DNA of 64,000 nt. Source: an uncultured Acidobacteriota bacterium (GTDB taxonomy: Bacteria; Acidobacteriota; Terriglobia; UBA7540). Shown here one piece after another: positions 1 through 9,346 of the stretch (the first letter of the stretch is position 1; every line of letters begins with the position of its first letter). Below the pieces are notes generated by a model, which was given only the letters and a program-made list of their open reading frames with translations, did not search any database and was not told the DNA's origin. Where the stretch lies: the NCBI GenBank assembly GCA_963804995.1, contig CAWDSK010000006.1, positions 1,472,001 through 1,536,000 of the forward strand. The letters are read 5' to 3'. The position numbers and the translations under genes were made by a program.

Positions 1-1
1 A

Positions 2-583
2 GAGCTCGAAATGAATGAGCTGATTGAAAACCTGCATCAGGAATCAAGGAAGCTGGGCGCCTACACGCTGGTGGGCCTTTCCTTCGTGCCGCCCACGCCC
101 TTTCAGTTGAAGGATTTTGAGCGCTGGGACGGAAAGCAAGAGCATGGCGCCGACTTGTATTCCTATCGTTGCATAATGGGAACGCCGCGCGGCTTCGAAG
201 TGATCGAGGATTTTGAATCGTATCTGGATTCCTTGCCCAGCCTTGAGGAAGAGCTCCGGCGGCTTCCCGTGGCCGACCCTGCGCACACCCTCGCCGTGAT
301 CCACGCGCCACCCTTTGACACTCGATGCGATGTGCTATTCGACGGCCGCCACATTGGGAGCAAGGCGGTCCGCCGTTGGATTGAGAAACACCAGCCAGTC
401 TTGAGCCTGCACGGTCATATCCACGAGAGCCCGAAGCTTTCCAAAAGCTTCTTCGACCGGATTGGGACAACGACCGTCATTAATCCAGGCTGCGACCACC
501 GCACGCCACATCTGGTTTTCATCGACCTCAACAACCTCACCGAACTGGAACATACCGTATACGGCAAGGAAGCTGTGCAATAA
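2..583 (+). CDS. Metallophosphoesterase (Icc-like), probably 5'-partial
   Basis: HAPP, GSKAVR, HGHIHE and NPG motifs; the frame is open back to the window start. Confidence 0.85.
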   Translation, partial: ELEMNELIENLHQESRKLGAYTLVGLSFVPPTPFQLKDFERWDGKQEHGADLYSYRCIMGTPRGFEVIEDFESYLDSLPSLEEELRRLPVADPAHTLAVIHAPPFDTRCDVLFDGRHIGSKAVRRWIEKHQPVLSLHGHIHESPKLSKSFFDRIGTTTVINPGCDHRTPHLVFIDLNNLTELEHTVYGKEAVQ

Positions 584-643
584 GGGTCTCCGCCTTCTCT
601 GCAAAGGAGTAGGGAATCTGCGGCGAGGGTACGTTGGCGCTCC

Positions 644-1033
644 TCACACCGCAGCCTGGACATCCGTCTTCTTGAAATCCTGCCCCTTGAATAACAGGGG
701 TTCTCCCGTGACCTTGGCGAGCGCGTAGGCGAAGCAATCTCCAAAATTCAGCGCGGCCGGGTGACGCCCCTTCCCGAAATCTGAGTAGGCTTGCCTGGCG
801 ACATGCGCCTGCTCTTCCGTGACCGGCTCGATGACGATCCCGGCGCGCCGGAAGAAGGCGTCGAATTGGCGGCTGCCTCCCTCTCGCGTTTGAGCTTCGA
901 CCACGATCGCGGCTTCCACGAAGCTGACGGCCGAAATCCGGCGCGATTCCGCCTCGCTAATGGCGCGTGCGTACGCCTTGGCGTCGTCTTCTTGGAACAG
1001 GATCGCGAGAACCGCGGAAGTGTCCAAAATCAT
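644..1033 (-). CDS. vapC: VapC PIN-domain toxin
   Basis: MILDTSAVLAIL, GKGRHPAALNFGDCFAYA and LLFKGQDF motifs. Confidence 0.95.
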   Translation of the reverse strand: MILDTSAVLAILFQEDDAKAYARAISEAESRRISAVSFVEAAIVVEAQTREGGSRQFDAFFRRAGIVIEPVTEEQAHVARQAYSDFGKGRHPAALNFGDCFAYALAKVTGEPLLFKGQDFKKTDVQAAV

Positions 1034-1281
1034 CGCGGTAACCCCCGATCATCGTAGAGTAGGGTCGCGTGGTCAACGGTGGGGCCTTTCAGGGCGTTCG
1101 CGCAACGCCGCCCAATGGCTAGAAGCTCCGCCATTGTCGCCTCCGGCTTGTGGCGTTTCCTAACTCGTTCCAAGCGTTCACGCAGGGACTCGGTGACGGC
1201 ACGCGTCATCGTCTCGCCGGTCTCCTGTGCGAGGGCTTTGGCCAGTTTGTGGGCTTCCCGGTCCTTGATGTTCAGGGGCAC
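1030..1281 (-). CDS. vapB: VapB antitoxin (Rv0623-like)
   Basis: LNIK..AHKLA..TGET.T.AV..LLYDDRGLP; GTG start with AGGAGG SD; 4-bp overlap with vapC. Confidence 0.9.
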   Translation of the reverse strand: MPLNIKDREAHKLAKALAQETGETMTRAVTESLRERLERVRKRHKPEATMAELLAIGRRCANALKGPTVDHATLLYDDRGLPR

Positions 1282-1297
1282 CTTTGATATCCTCCTA

Positions 1298-1315
1298 GGT
1301 AGAAAAATATCTACC
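1298..1315. promoter_or_regulatory. Palindromic operator upstream of vapB
   Basis: GGTAGA-aaaata-TCTACC inverted repeat just upstream of the SD. Confidence 0.55.
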
Positions 1316-1569
1316 ACTCTTTACTATACATCCACCGCACATCCCTGGAAAGCAGTTTCTTCGGAACGTTGGCTCAACTTACTATTCCGTGTTTTACGGA
1401 AAACATTCTCAAGCCAAAGGAGACAAGTGTCGCTCAAGCCCTGGCTCTCCCGCGATGATCGCCCATTGCGTCATAAACCCCAACCCTCCCCTGCCCATGA
1501 GGCGCGATGCCATGCCCTAGAAGGCATGTAACCATCTGAAACAAAGATAGTTAAGGCAACATCGACCGT

Positions 1570-1585
1570 TGGCCGTTTAGCTGCT
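1570..1585 (+). promoter_or_regulatory. Putative sigma-54 promoter
   Basis: TGGCCGTTTAGCTGCT (GG-N10-GC) ~35 bp before the ATG at 1622, with an AT-rich IHF-like tract at ~1530-1555. Confidence 0.45.
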
Positions 1586-1621
1586 GGTCCAGGTTACCGG
1601 CGAGGTGTCAGCTCTTCAGCC

Positions 1622-3301
1622 ATGACCCAGCAAAAGCTTCCCAAGCTCCGCAGGCTGTCGCAGATTCTGTTTCTGCTCTTCTTTCTCTTTCTGCTTCTCA
1701 AAACGGAATACCGCGGCTCGCTGCGCGCCGTGCCGGGCGATATACGGCTTCCTTACCCGGTGAGTTTCTTCCTCGAACTCGACCCATTGGCGGCAGTCAC
1801 GAGTGCGCTCGCGAGTCACACGCTTTACCGCGGCCTTCTCTGGAGTCTCGCCATTCTCATTCCTACTCTATTCCTGGGCCGCTTCTTCTGCGGTTGGATT
1901 TGCCCGCTGGGGACTCTCCATCACTTCCTGGGCAGTTGGAAGTCGGAGCGCAAGCGCGGTCCTCAGCGCCTCGATCGAAACCGCTACAAGAAATGGCAAA
2001 CCTGGAAGTATTACCTGCTGATTGCAGGGCTCGTCGCGGCGCTCTTCGGCAGCGGTGTGGTGGGAATCCTGGATCCCCTTTCGTTCCTCGTGCGGTCGCT
2101 GGGGGAGGCGATATTTCCCGGTTTGAATTACGGGTTGACGGCGGCGCTGGCAGCGGTTCATCACTCATCGGTCGCGCCCCTGCGAACCGCCGGGAACATC
2201 GCGCAACTCATCCTGAATGAAACCCTACTCAGTTTCCGGCAGGCGCATTTTCGCCAGGAGTTCTTCCTCGCCGCGATTTTCATTGCCATTCTCGTGCTCA
2301 ACCTGCGCATCACGCGTTTCTGGTGCCGCGCCCTGTGCCCCTTGGGAGCTTTGCTGGGCATCGTCTCGCGCTGGTCGATTCTGGGCCTCGAGAAACACCC
2401 CAGCCATTGCGACGACTGCAACCTCTGTTTGCTGCATTGCCAGGGCGGCGACGACCCGCTTCCCAACTCGAAGTGGCGGAAGGCGGAATGCCACCTCTGC
2501 TTCAACTGCGTGGGCGAATGTCCGGAAAGTGGACTCCGCTTCAAGTTCTTCCCGATGACGCCTACCACGACCGATGGTCCCAACTTGCAGCGGCGGCGTG
2601 CCCTCACAGGTGTTGCGGCCGGCGCCGCCTTGTTGCCCATTCTGCGCAGCACGCCGGGATTCGCGGTGGCCAACGACCCGCGCTTGATCCGCCCGCCCGG
2701 GGCCCTCGACGAGAAAAGCTTCCTGGCGCGCTGCATTCACTGCGGGGAGTGCATGAAGGTGTGCCCGAACAACGCCCTCCAGCCGGCGGGGCTCGAAGCG
2801 GGGCTGGAAGGCTTGTGGACGCCCGTGCTCACGCCGCGCATCGGCTACTGCGAACCCAGTTGTGTGCTGTGCGGGCAGGTGTGCCCGACGGGCGCTATCT
2901 GGGAAATTACCCAAGCCGAAAAGGCCTGGCTGCCCGCGAGCGCCGCTCGGGATTCCAAGCCTGTTCGGGTGGGTACGGCTTTCTACGACCGCGGCCACTG
3001 CCTGCCCTGGGCGATGGCGACGGAATGCATCGTGTGCGAAGAGTGGTGCCCCACCTCTCCTAAAGCGATTTACCTTCGCCCGGCGGATGTGACCGACGCC
3101 GCGGGGATCGCCAGGCAGGTCCGCCAGCCCTACGTCGATCCCGACCGCTGCGTGGGGTGCGGAGCCTGCGAGTTTGCCTGCCCTGTCAAGGACCAGCCGG
3201 CCGTCTACGTCACCAGCATTGGCGAGACCCGGTCGAAAACCAACCAGATTCTGCTGAACCGAGATGCCGCCGGCCCGTCGCAAAGGAGTGACAAACCATG
3301 A
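1622..3301 (+). CDS. Membrane 4Fe-4S protein (NapH/MauN-like domain + NapF/MauM-like ferredoxin)
   Basis: GRFFCGWICP, RFWCRALCP, several CxxCxxCxxxCP motifs, IRPPGA, TM helices. Confidence 0.9.
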   Translation: MTQQKLPKLRRLSQILFLLFFLFLLLKTEYRGSLRAVPGDIRLPYPVSFFLELDPLAAVTSALASHTLYRGLLWSLAILIPTLFLGRFFCGWICPLGTLHHFLGSWKSERKRGPQRLDRNRYKKWQTWKYYLLIAGLVAALFGSGVVGILDPLSFLVRSLGEAIFPGLNYGLTAALAAVHHSSVAPLRTAGNIAQLILNETLLSFRQAHFRQEFFLAAIFIAILVLNLRITRFWCRALCPLGALLGIVSRWSILGLEKHPSHCDDCNLCLLHCQGGDDPLPNSKWRKAECHLCFNCVGECPESGLRFKFFPMTPTTTDGPNLQRRRALTGVAAGAALLPILRSTPGFAVANDPRLIRPPGALDEKSFLARCIHCGECMKVCPNNALQPAGLEAGLEGLWTPVLTPRIGYCEPSCVLCGQVCPTGAIWEITQAEKAWLPASAARDSKPVRVGTAFYDRGHCLPWAMATECIVCEEWCPTSPKAIYLRPADVTDAAGIARQVRQPYVDPDRCVGCGACEFACPVKDQPAVYVTSIGETRSKTNQILLNRDAAGPSQRSDKP

Positions 3302-3849
3302 GAAAGCGAAACTCGAAACTCGAAATTCGAAATTGGCGCCAATTTTCGAATTTCGATTTTCGAATTTCAGCCGTCATCCTTGTTCTGGCCAGTGCCGTCG
3401 TAAGCTGCCGTTCCAAGGCCCCTGGGGGTGCATCCGATTTCTTTCCGGCCAGCAACGCGGTGACGGGTTGGGTGAAATCCAGCGAAACGCGAACCTTCGA
3501 GGCCAGCCGCCTCTGGGAATACATCGACGGCGATGCTGACAAGTACATTCAAGCCGGCGTTGTGAAGACGCTCACCAGCGACTACCGATTCAACAACAAG
3601 GTTGATGCCACCGCCGACGTCTACGTGATGGCCAAACCCGAAGGCGCGAAGAAGATCTACGATTCCCTGTCGGCTCCGGAAAGCCAACCGCTCGAAGTTG
3701 GCGATGCCGGCAGGATTAACAGGGGCGCCTTGACGTTCCACGAGGGACCATACTTTGTTCGCGTCGTCGCGTTCGAGGATTCGCCGGAGGTTGCGAAGGG
3801 TCTGACCGAATTGGCTCGCGTGGTTAGCAGCGCGCTCAAGGGGAAGTAA
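3298..3849 (+). CDS. DUF6599-like exported protein/lipoprotein
   Basis: LWEYIDGDADKY motif; lipobox-like AVVSC; N-terminus formed from a heptamer palindrome. Confidence 0.7.
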   Translation: MRKRNSKLEIRNWRQFSNFDFRISAVILVLASAVVSCRSKAPGGASDFFPASNAVTGWVKSSETRTFEASRLWEYIDGDADKYIQAGVVKTLTSDYRFNNKVDATADVYVMAKPEGAKKIYDSLSAPESQPLEVGDAGRINRGALTFHEGPYFVRVVAFEDSPEVAKGLTELARVVSSALKGK

Positions 3850-3910
3850 AACTCAAAACGCCCTGGCCCTCCTGTTTGGCAGGGGGCTAGGGATCCGCAA
3901 AGGAGGCCTC

Positions 3911-5128
3911 ATGAGTCGGAAAAGCAGAATTGGCCGTCGTGAATTTATCGTCACCTCCGCAGGAGCACTGGCAGCAGGTCTGGGCGCCGCCCGCGGCCGC
4001 GTGCCGGCGAGTGAAATCGAGCAAGCCGCCGCCAAAGTGGGCCGCCTTCCCCAACGCACCCTGGACCGCTCCGGCCGCAAGGTCAGCGTGCTGATCGGGG
4101 CGGGCGACTGGGCGCCCGAAGCACAGGAAGCCGGTGTCTTGTGCGGGATCAATTACTGGCACAAGAGCGATGCGTGGGACCGCCAGTCAGTCCCGCCAGC
4201 GATTCTGAAGAATCGCGAGGCCTTCTACTGCGAGGTGTGCATCGATCGCGCGCGCGGCAACCACGAAACCGGAGTGCTCGATGAGGAAGCCCACTACCAG
4301 TACGTCAAGCAAGCTCTCGAGCGCAGCGGGCTTCGCTACTTCGACGACATGATGTTTCACTTCGGCTACCACTCGACCGCGGAGCTGAAGGGCAATCGGG
4401 CGTTCATTCGGGCCTACGACCGGCTGAAGAAAGAGGGCCTGGTGCGTCACCTGTGCCTTTCACAGCACAGCTACAACGGCAATGCCAAGGTGCCGGGGGG
4501 AGAGGATCGGGCCGTGATCCTGACCGCCGTCGTAGAAGATGACTTGTATGAGCACGCCCAATTTCCCTTTACCTTCGGCGAGGGAGAAGCCCTTAACAAA
4601 TTCGTCAGCTTCGCCAAGACCAAAGGGTTCGGCACCACCGCCATGAAAACCGCGGCAGGCACGGCGCGCATGCAGGCCGATAGTGAGTTCATGAGCAAAT
4701 TCCCGCCGGGAACCACGCCCCACCACGCGCTGGCTCGCTGGCTGACCACCAGCACAGACCTCAGCGCTGCGGTAATTCGGATCCACAACCTTGAGCAATT
4801 CGTCGATACCTACTCGGGGGCCGGCAAGCCGCTGCGGGCCGCCGACGCTCACGCTATCGAGATGATGACGGCATACGCCAATCGTGAAGTCTGCCGGCTG
4901 TGCAACGAGTGCATGAGCCATTGCGCCGAAGGCGTGGCTGTGGCCGACATTCTGCGCTACGAGCGCTATGCCGTCGACTACGGTGATCGCGAGGGTGCGC
5001 GCCGGCTATACGCGCAGCTCGATAAACAGGCTGACGCCTGCCAGGTCTGCGGCACTTGCCTGCCGCATTGCCCGCAAGGAATGAAGATCCCAGCCAAGCT
5101 CCGAGACACTCATCGCCTGCTTAGCTAG
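3911..5128 (+). CDS. Tat-signal aldo/keto reductase-like oxidoreductase with C-terminal Fe-S domain
   Basis: GRREFI Tat motif; AMKT; CxxCxxCxxxC and CxxCxxCxxxCP; AGGAGG SD. Confidence 0.8.
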   Translation: MSRKSRIGRREFIVTSAGALAAGLGAARGRVPASEIEQAAAKVGRLPQRTLDRSGRKVSVLIGAGDWAPEAQEAGVLCGINYWHKSDAWDRQSVPPAILKNREAFYCEVCIDRARGNHETGVLDEEAHYQYVKQALERSGLRYFDDMMFHFGYHSTAELKGNRAFIRAYDRLKKEGLVRHLCLSQHSYNGNAKVPGGEDRAVILTAVVEDDLYEHAQFPFTFGEGEALNKFVSFAKTKGFGTTAMKTAAGTARMQADSEFMSKFPPGTTPHHALARWLTTSTDLSAAVIRIHNLEQFVDTYSGAGKPLRAADAHAIEMMTAYANREVCRLCNECMSHCAEGVAVADILRYERYAVDYGDREGARRLYAQLDKQADACQVCGTCLPHCPQGMKIPAKLRDTHRLLS

Positions 5129-5341
5129 TGTGGTGTCCCGCGTAATATTTGACGATGGCATATTGCACGGACCCCCTCACCCCCGGGCCCCTCTCCCCCA
5201 AGGGGGCGAGGGGAGGGTTGACTTTACTGCCCTCGCCCCCTTGGGGGAGAGGGTGGCTCGGCGAGGCGTTTCCATCAGCCGAGGCGAGACGGGTGAGGGG
5301 GTCTCGCCTATTGTCAACTCTAATATGGGACACCACACTAG
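5125..5341. mobile_element. MITE-like element with CTAG ends enclosing a CCCCTCACCC-type REP hairpin
   Basis: Perfect 15-bp inverted ends CTAGTGTGGTGTCCC / GGGACACCACACTAG; left CTAG overlaps the upstream stop codon. Confidence 0.75.
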
Positions 5342-5528
5342 AAGTAAGCTCTCACAACCCAGGGGGCGAGCAGAATCCTACCTGCCCCACCGCTCCCGCC
5401 GAATCAGACCTGCATCAGACTGAATTGACTTCTCCCCATGCCTCGGCTAGGCTGGAAATCTGGGCGAATCTCTGAATGATGCGCTGGCCGCAGTGGCGAA
5501 ATCGGACAACTGTAGACCCAAAGAGAAG

Positions 5529-6711
5529 ATGAAAAGAGTTTACCTCGACAACAACGCCACCACCCCCCTCGCGCCGGAAGTGTTTGAGGCGATGCGGCCA
5601 TATTGGCTTGAGGACTACGGCAACGCCTCGTCGATTCACTGGTACGGGCAGCGCGCCAAGGCCGCCCTGGAGAAAGCGCGTGAGCAGGTAGCGCGATTGC
5701 TCAAGGCGCGGCCGAGTGAGATCGTTTTCACCAGCGGCGGGACGGAATCCGACAACGCTGCCCTTTTCGGCATCGTTGAGGCAGCGCGCGGCGAGCACAA
5801 GCATGTGGTCACGACAGCTATCGAGCACCACGCAGTGCTGAACGCAGCGAAGGCGATTGAGAAGCGCGGCGTGAGCGTGACCTACGTGCGAGTGGGCGCG
5901 GGCGGTGTCGTTGATCCTGCCGAGGTCGAACGTGCGCTGCGGCCGGAAACTGTGTTGATCAGCGTGATGCACGCGAACAACGAGCTTGGAACAATTCAGC
6001 CGCTCGAGGAAATCGGCCGCCTGGCGCGCGAGCGCGACATCTACTTTCACACCGACGCGGTGCAGAGCGTGGGCAAGATTCCCGTGGACGTGGAGCGGCT
6101 GGGCGTGGACCTGCTCTCACTCTCCGCGCACAAGCTGTACGGGCCGAAAGGCGTGGGCGCGTTGTACATTCGCAAGGGAACGATCCTGCGGCCCCTGATG
6201 CACGGCGGCCATCACGAGCGCGACCGGCGGCCGGGCACGGAGAACGTGGCGGGCATCGTTGGGCTGGGCGCGGCCGCAGAACTGGCCCTCGCAGATCTGC
6301 CGGAAGAATCCGAACACGTAGCGGCGTTGCGCGATTGCCTGGAAGCGGGGATTCTTGAGAGTGTGCCGCTGGGTGACCGTGAACGGCGATCGCACGCGGC
6401 GTCTGCCCACCACCACCAACCTGGCATTTGACTACATCGAGGGCGAAGGGTTTGTGATCGCCATGGACCTGCGGGGCATCGCTTGCTCGACGGGCGCGGC
6501 GTGCTCGTCGGGATCGCTCGAGCCCTCACATGTGCTTTCGGCCATCGGCCTTAAGCCCGAGCAGGCGCGTGCCAGCATCCGCTTCAGCCTGGGACGCTTC
6601 ACCACGTCAGAAGACATCAAAACCACGCTCCACATCTTGCCTGCCATGGTGGAACAACTGCGCTCCGTCTCGCCACATTATCGAAGTGCAGTGACGAGTG
6701 ACAAGCCATGA
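5529..6711 (+). CDS. iscS: Cysteine desulfurase IscS/NifS, +1 frameshift near 6370
   Basis: YLDNNATT, FTSGGTES, SAHKLYGPKG in 5529-6431; catalytic STGAACSS in the 6355-6711 frame. Confidence 0.92.
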
Positions 6712-6843
6712 AAGGCCGAAATTCGAAAATCGAAACTCTGAAGATCGGGGCGAGTTTCGAATTTCGAGTTTCGATTTTCGTCTTTGGGTTGGTTGTCACA
6801 CATCTCTTATCACATAGGGAAAGCCTGAGGGGCATCAAAAGCA

Positions 6844-7989
6844 ATGACCATCGCTGTTGCCATGAGTGGCGGGGTTGATAGCTCGACCGCTGCTGCTCTG
6901 CTTACAGAAAACCATTCGGCCGACCCGGCGGGTGCGTCGCCGGCAGTAGTGGGGCTGACCATGCAGCTCTGGAATCAGCGCCGTCTGCCGCAATTGCTGG
7001 GTCTCGAAGCGGGCGAGGGCGGCCACGCGAGCGGACGCTGCTGCTCGCTCGACGACGTGTACGACGCCCGCGCCGTAGCCAACTTTCTGGGCATTCCTTA
7101 CTATGTCATCAACCTCGAGCAGCAGTTTGAATCGACCGTGGTGCAGCCTTTCGTCCGGCAGTACCTCGCCGGCGAAACACCCATCCCGTGCAGTCGGTGC
7201 AATACGGAAATCAAGTTCGAGCAGTTCATCACGACGGCGCGGCAGATCGGCGCGGACCGCATCGCCACCGGCCACTACGCGCGCATCCGCCAGGACCAGA
7301 GCACCGGCCGCTACCAGCTTTTGCGTGGGGCGGATCGCACCAAGGACCAGGCTTACTTCCTCTTTGGATTGACACAGACGCAACTGGCGCGCTCGGTGTT
7401 TCCGCTGGGTGAATTGAGCAAGCAGGAGGTGCGAGCCATCGCCCGTTCGCGGCGCCTGCCCGTGGCCGAAAAGCCGGAGAGCCAGGAAATCTGCTTTGTG
7501 CCCACGGGCAGTTACCGCGAGTTCATCGACGCCTATCTGGCCGAGCAGCATCGCCAGCCGGAAGCGCAGCCGGGCGAAGTGGTCTCAACCGATGGCCAGG
7601 TGCTGGCCGAGCACCAGGGTGTTCACAACTTTACGGTGGGCCAGCGCAAGGGTCTGGGCGTGGCGGTGGGCGCTCCACTCTACGTGATTGCGCTCGACCC
7701 GGCAAAGAATCGCGTCGTGGTGGGCGAAGACCGCGAACTGTTCCACAACCGCTTCCGGGTCCGTGAGGTGAACTGGATTCGGCCGCTCGCGCCGGGTGAC
7801 GCCGTGGAAGCGCACGTGAAGATCCGTCACAACCACCCTGGCTCTGCGGCGAGGGTCGAAGCGCAGGCAGGTTCAGAGGCTTCGGTCGAGTTCATCGAGC
7901 CGCAGCGCGCCATCACTCCAGGCCAAGCTGCAGTTTTCTATGATGGGGATGAAGTGCTGGGCGGCGGGTGGATTTCACACGTCCCTTAA
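6844..7989 (+). CDS. mnmA: tRNA 2-thiouridine synthase
   Basis: [39 protein letters not shown]. Confidence 0.97.
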   Translation: MTIAVAMSGGVDSSTAAALLTENHSADPAGASPAVVGLTMQLWNQRRLPQLLGLEAGEGGHASGRCCSLDDVYDARAVANFLGIPYYVINLEQQFESTVVQPFVRQYLAGETPIPCSRCNTEIKFEQFITTARQIGADRIATGHYARIRQDQSTGRYQLLRGADRTKDQAYFLFGLTQTQLARSVFPLGELSKQEVRAIARSRRLPVAEKPESQEICFVPTGSYREFIDAYLAEQHRQPEAQPGEVVSTDGQVLAEHQGVHNFTVGQRKGLGVAVGAPLYVIALDPAKNRVVVGEDRELFHNRFRVREVNWIRPLAPGDAVEAHVKIRHNHPGSAARVEAQAGSEASVEFIEPQRAITPGQAAVFYDGDEVLGGGWISHVP

Positions 7990-8081
7990 ACTCGCAGGCT
8001 TGCGCTGTCGACTCGCCTACTCTTGGCGACAAATGAGCGACAACTCCCCACCTGCCGCACGGCCAAGCGCCGCTGAGAGCG

Positions 8082-8594
8082 TCAAATAAAGAGTTGCTCG
8101 TCCTGGGTTGCTTCGCTCACGTTGCTCACACGGCGACGCGAGAAAAGGAACTCCAGGCCGGAGCGCACCCCTTTGACGACCGCGGAGATTTCGCCGATGG
8201 GGCCAAGCACCCCGCGCTGGACCGCGTCCGCAGTGGTCTCAACCTTCTCGACCAAATCAGTAACCATCTGGTCCACGCGGACGACCTGCATCCGGCTCTT
8301 CTCCACCAGCTCGGCGGCCACCGCGTCCACGTTGCTGGTGCGGTCGCGCAACATCTGGCTGATCTCGGCAAGATTGTTGGTAATAATCCGCAACGGCTCG
8401 CGCGAGTTGTTGACGATCTCCAGGGCCGAGGCCGTCAGGGGATCGAGACGCTGCTTAACGTCGGAGCGCACGCTTTCAATCTGCTCGGGAATTTTGCGGA
8501 TGGCCAGCCAAATCCCCAGCATGGCTCCGGCCTGCATTAAGACCGCGATCGACACCAGAATGACAGCCACGGTCAGCGCAGTATTTTGCTCCAT
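8082..8594 (-). CDS. Membrane-anchored coiled-coil protein (DUF948-like)
   Basis: N-terminal TM then helical region; downstream of YtxH genes. Confidence 0.65.
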   Translation of the reverse strand: MEQNTALTVAVILVSIAVLMQAGAMLGIWLAIRKIPEQIESVRSDVKQRLDPLTASALEIVNNSREPLRIITNNLAEISQMLRDRTSNVDAVAAELVEKSRMQVVRVDQMVTDLVEKVETTADAVQRGVLGPIGEISAVVKGVRSGLEFLFSRRRVSNVSEATQDEQLFI

Positions 8595-8621
8595 GGTTCG
8601 CTCACATGAGGCTCAGCCGCC

Positions 8622-8927
8622 TCAGGCACCCGCCTTGGTTTTGACCTTCTCGTCCTGGTAGGCTTGCTTGCCCGCTTCGAGCGCTGCGGAAAGCAGTTCC
8701 TTTTGCTTGGTCACCAGGTCCTTGCCTTTTTCTACAGCCCCTTCGGCCTGCTTGCGAAGTTCATCCGTTTTGGATCGGACAAAATCCCGGCCCTCTTCCG
8801 CCTTCTCCGCAATCATGTCCCGGGTTTCTTGCCCCGAACGCGGTGCGAAAAGCAGAGCGAGAATTGCGCCGATCCCCAAACCCGCCAGGAAAAATCCTAT
8901 CGTTGATGCATGGTGCTCTTCACTCAT
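8622..8927 (-). CDS. YtxH-domain protein
   Basis: FLAGLGIGAILALLFAPRSGQETR; GGAGG SD. Confidence 0.9.
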   Translation of the reverse strand: MSEEHHASTIGFFLAGLGIGAILALLFAPRSGQETRDMIAEKAEEGRDFVRSKTDELRKQAEGAVEKGKDLVTKQKELLSAALEAGKQAYQDEKVKTKAGA

Positions 8928-8943
8928 TGGAATCCTCCCTCGG

Positions 8944-9234
8944 TTAGCGCGCGAAGGTTTCACGCGCCGCTTGCTTGCCCGCTTCCAAAACATCCGCCAG
9001 CCGGTCTTTCTGCTTGCTCACCAATTCCTTCCCTTGGCCGACCATCTCTTCTGCCTGGTGGCGAAAGTCGCGGCCCTTGGAAGCGACATATTCCTTGCCT
9101 TCTTCCGCCTTTTCGACAATCCGCTTGCGTGTTTCCTCACCCGACAGGGGCGCAAAAAGCAAGGCCACTATGGCCCCGATCCCTAGCCCCGCCAGAAAAT
9201 ATCCAACCTTCGTTCCGACACTGCAATTTGCCAT
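8944..9234 (-). CDS. YtxH-domain protein (tandem paralog)
   Basis: FLAGLGIGAIVALLFAPLSGEETR; GGAGG SD. Confidence 0.9.
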   Translation of the reverse strand: MANCSVGTKVGYFLAGLGIGAIVALLFAPLSGEETRKRIVEKAEEGKEYVASKGRDFRHQAEEMVGQGKELVSKQKDRLADVLEAGKQAARETFAR

Positions 9235-9346
9235 GAGACACCTCCGTCAATCGGAGTCTCTAATCTACCACTCTGCAGAAGCAGCGGCAAAGAAAAATTC
9301 ATTAATTTCTTTGTATTAATATTAGTCCGGCTAGACGGTGTATGAA

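Noticed and set aside
6360..6380. Programmed frameshift in iscS
   Set aside because: No slippery heptamer; similar indels elsewhere point to sequencing error
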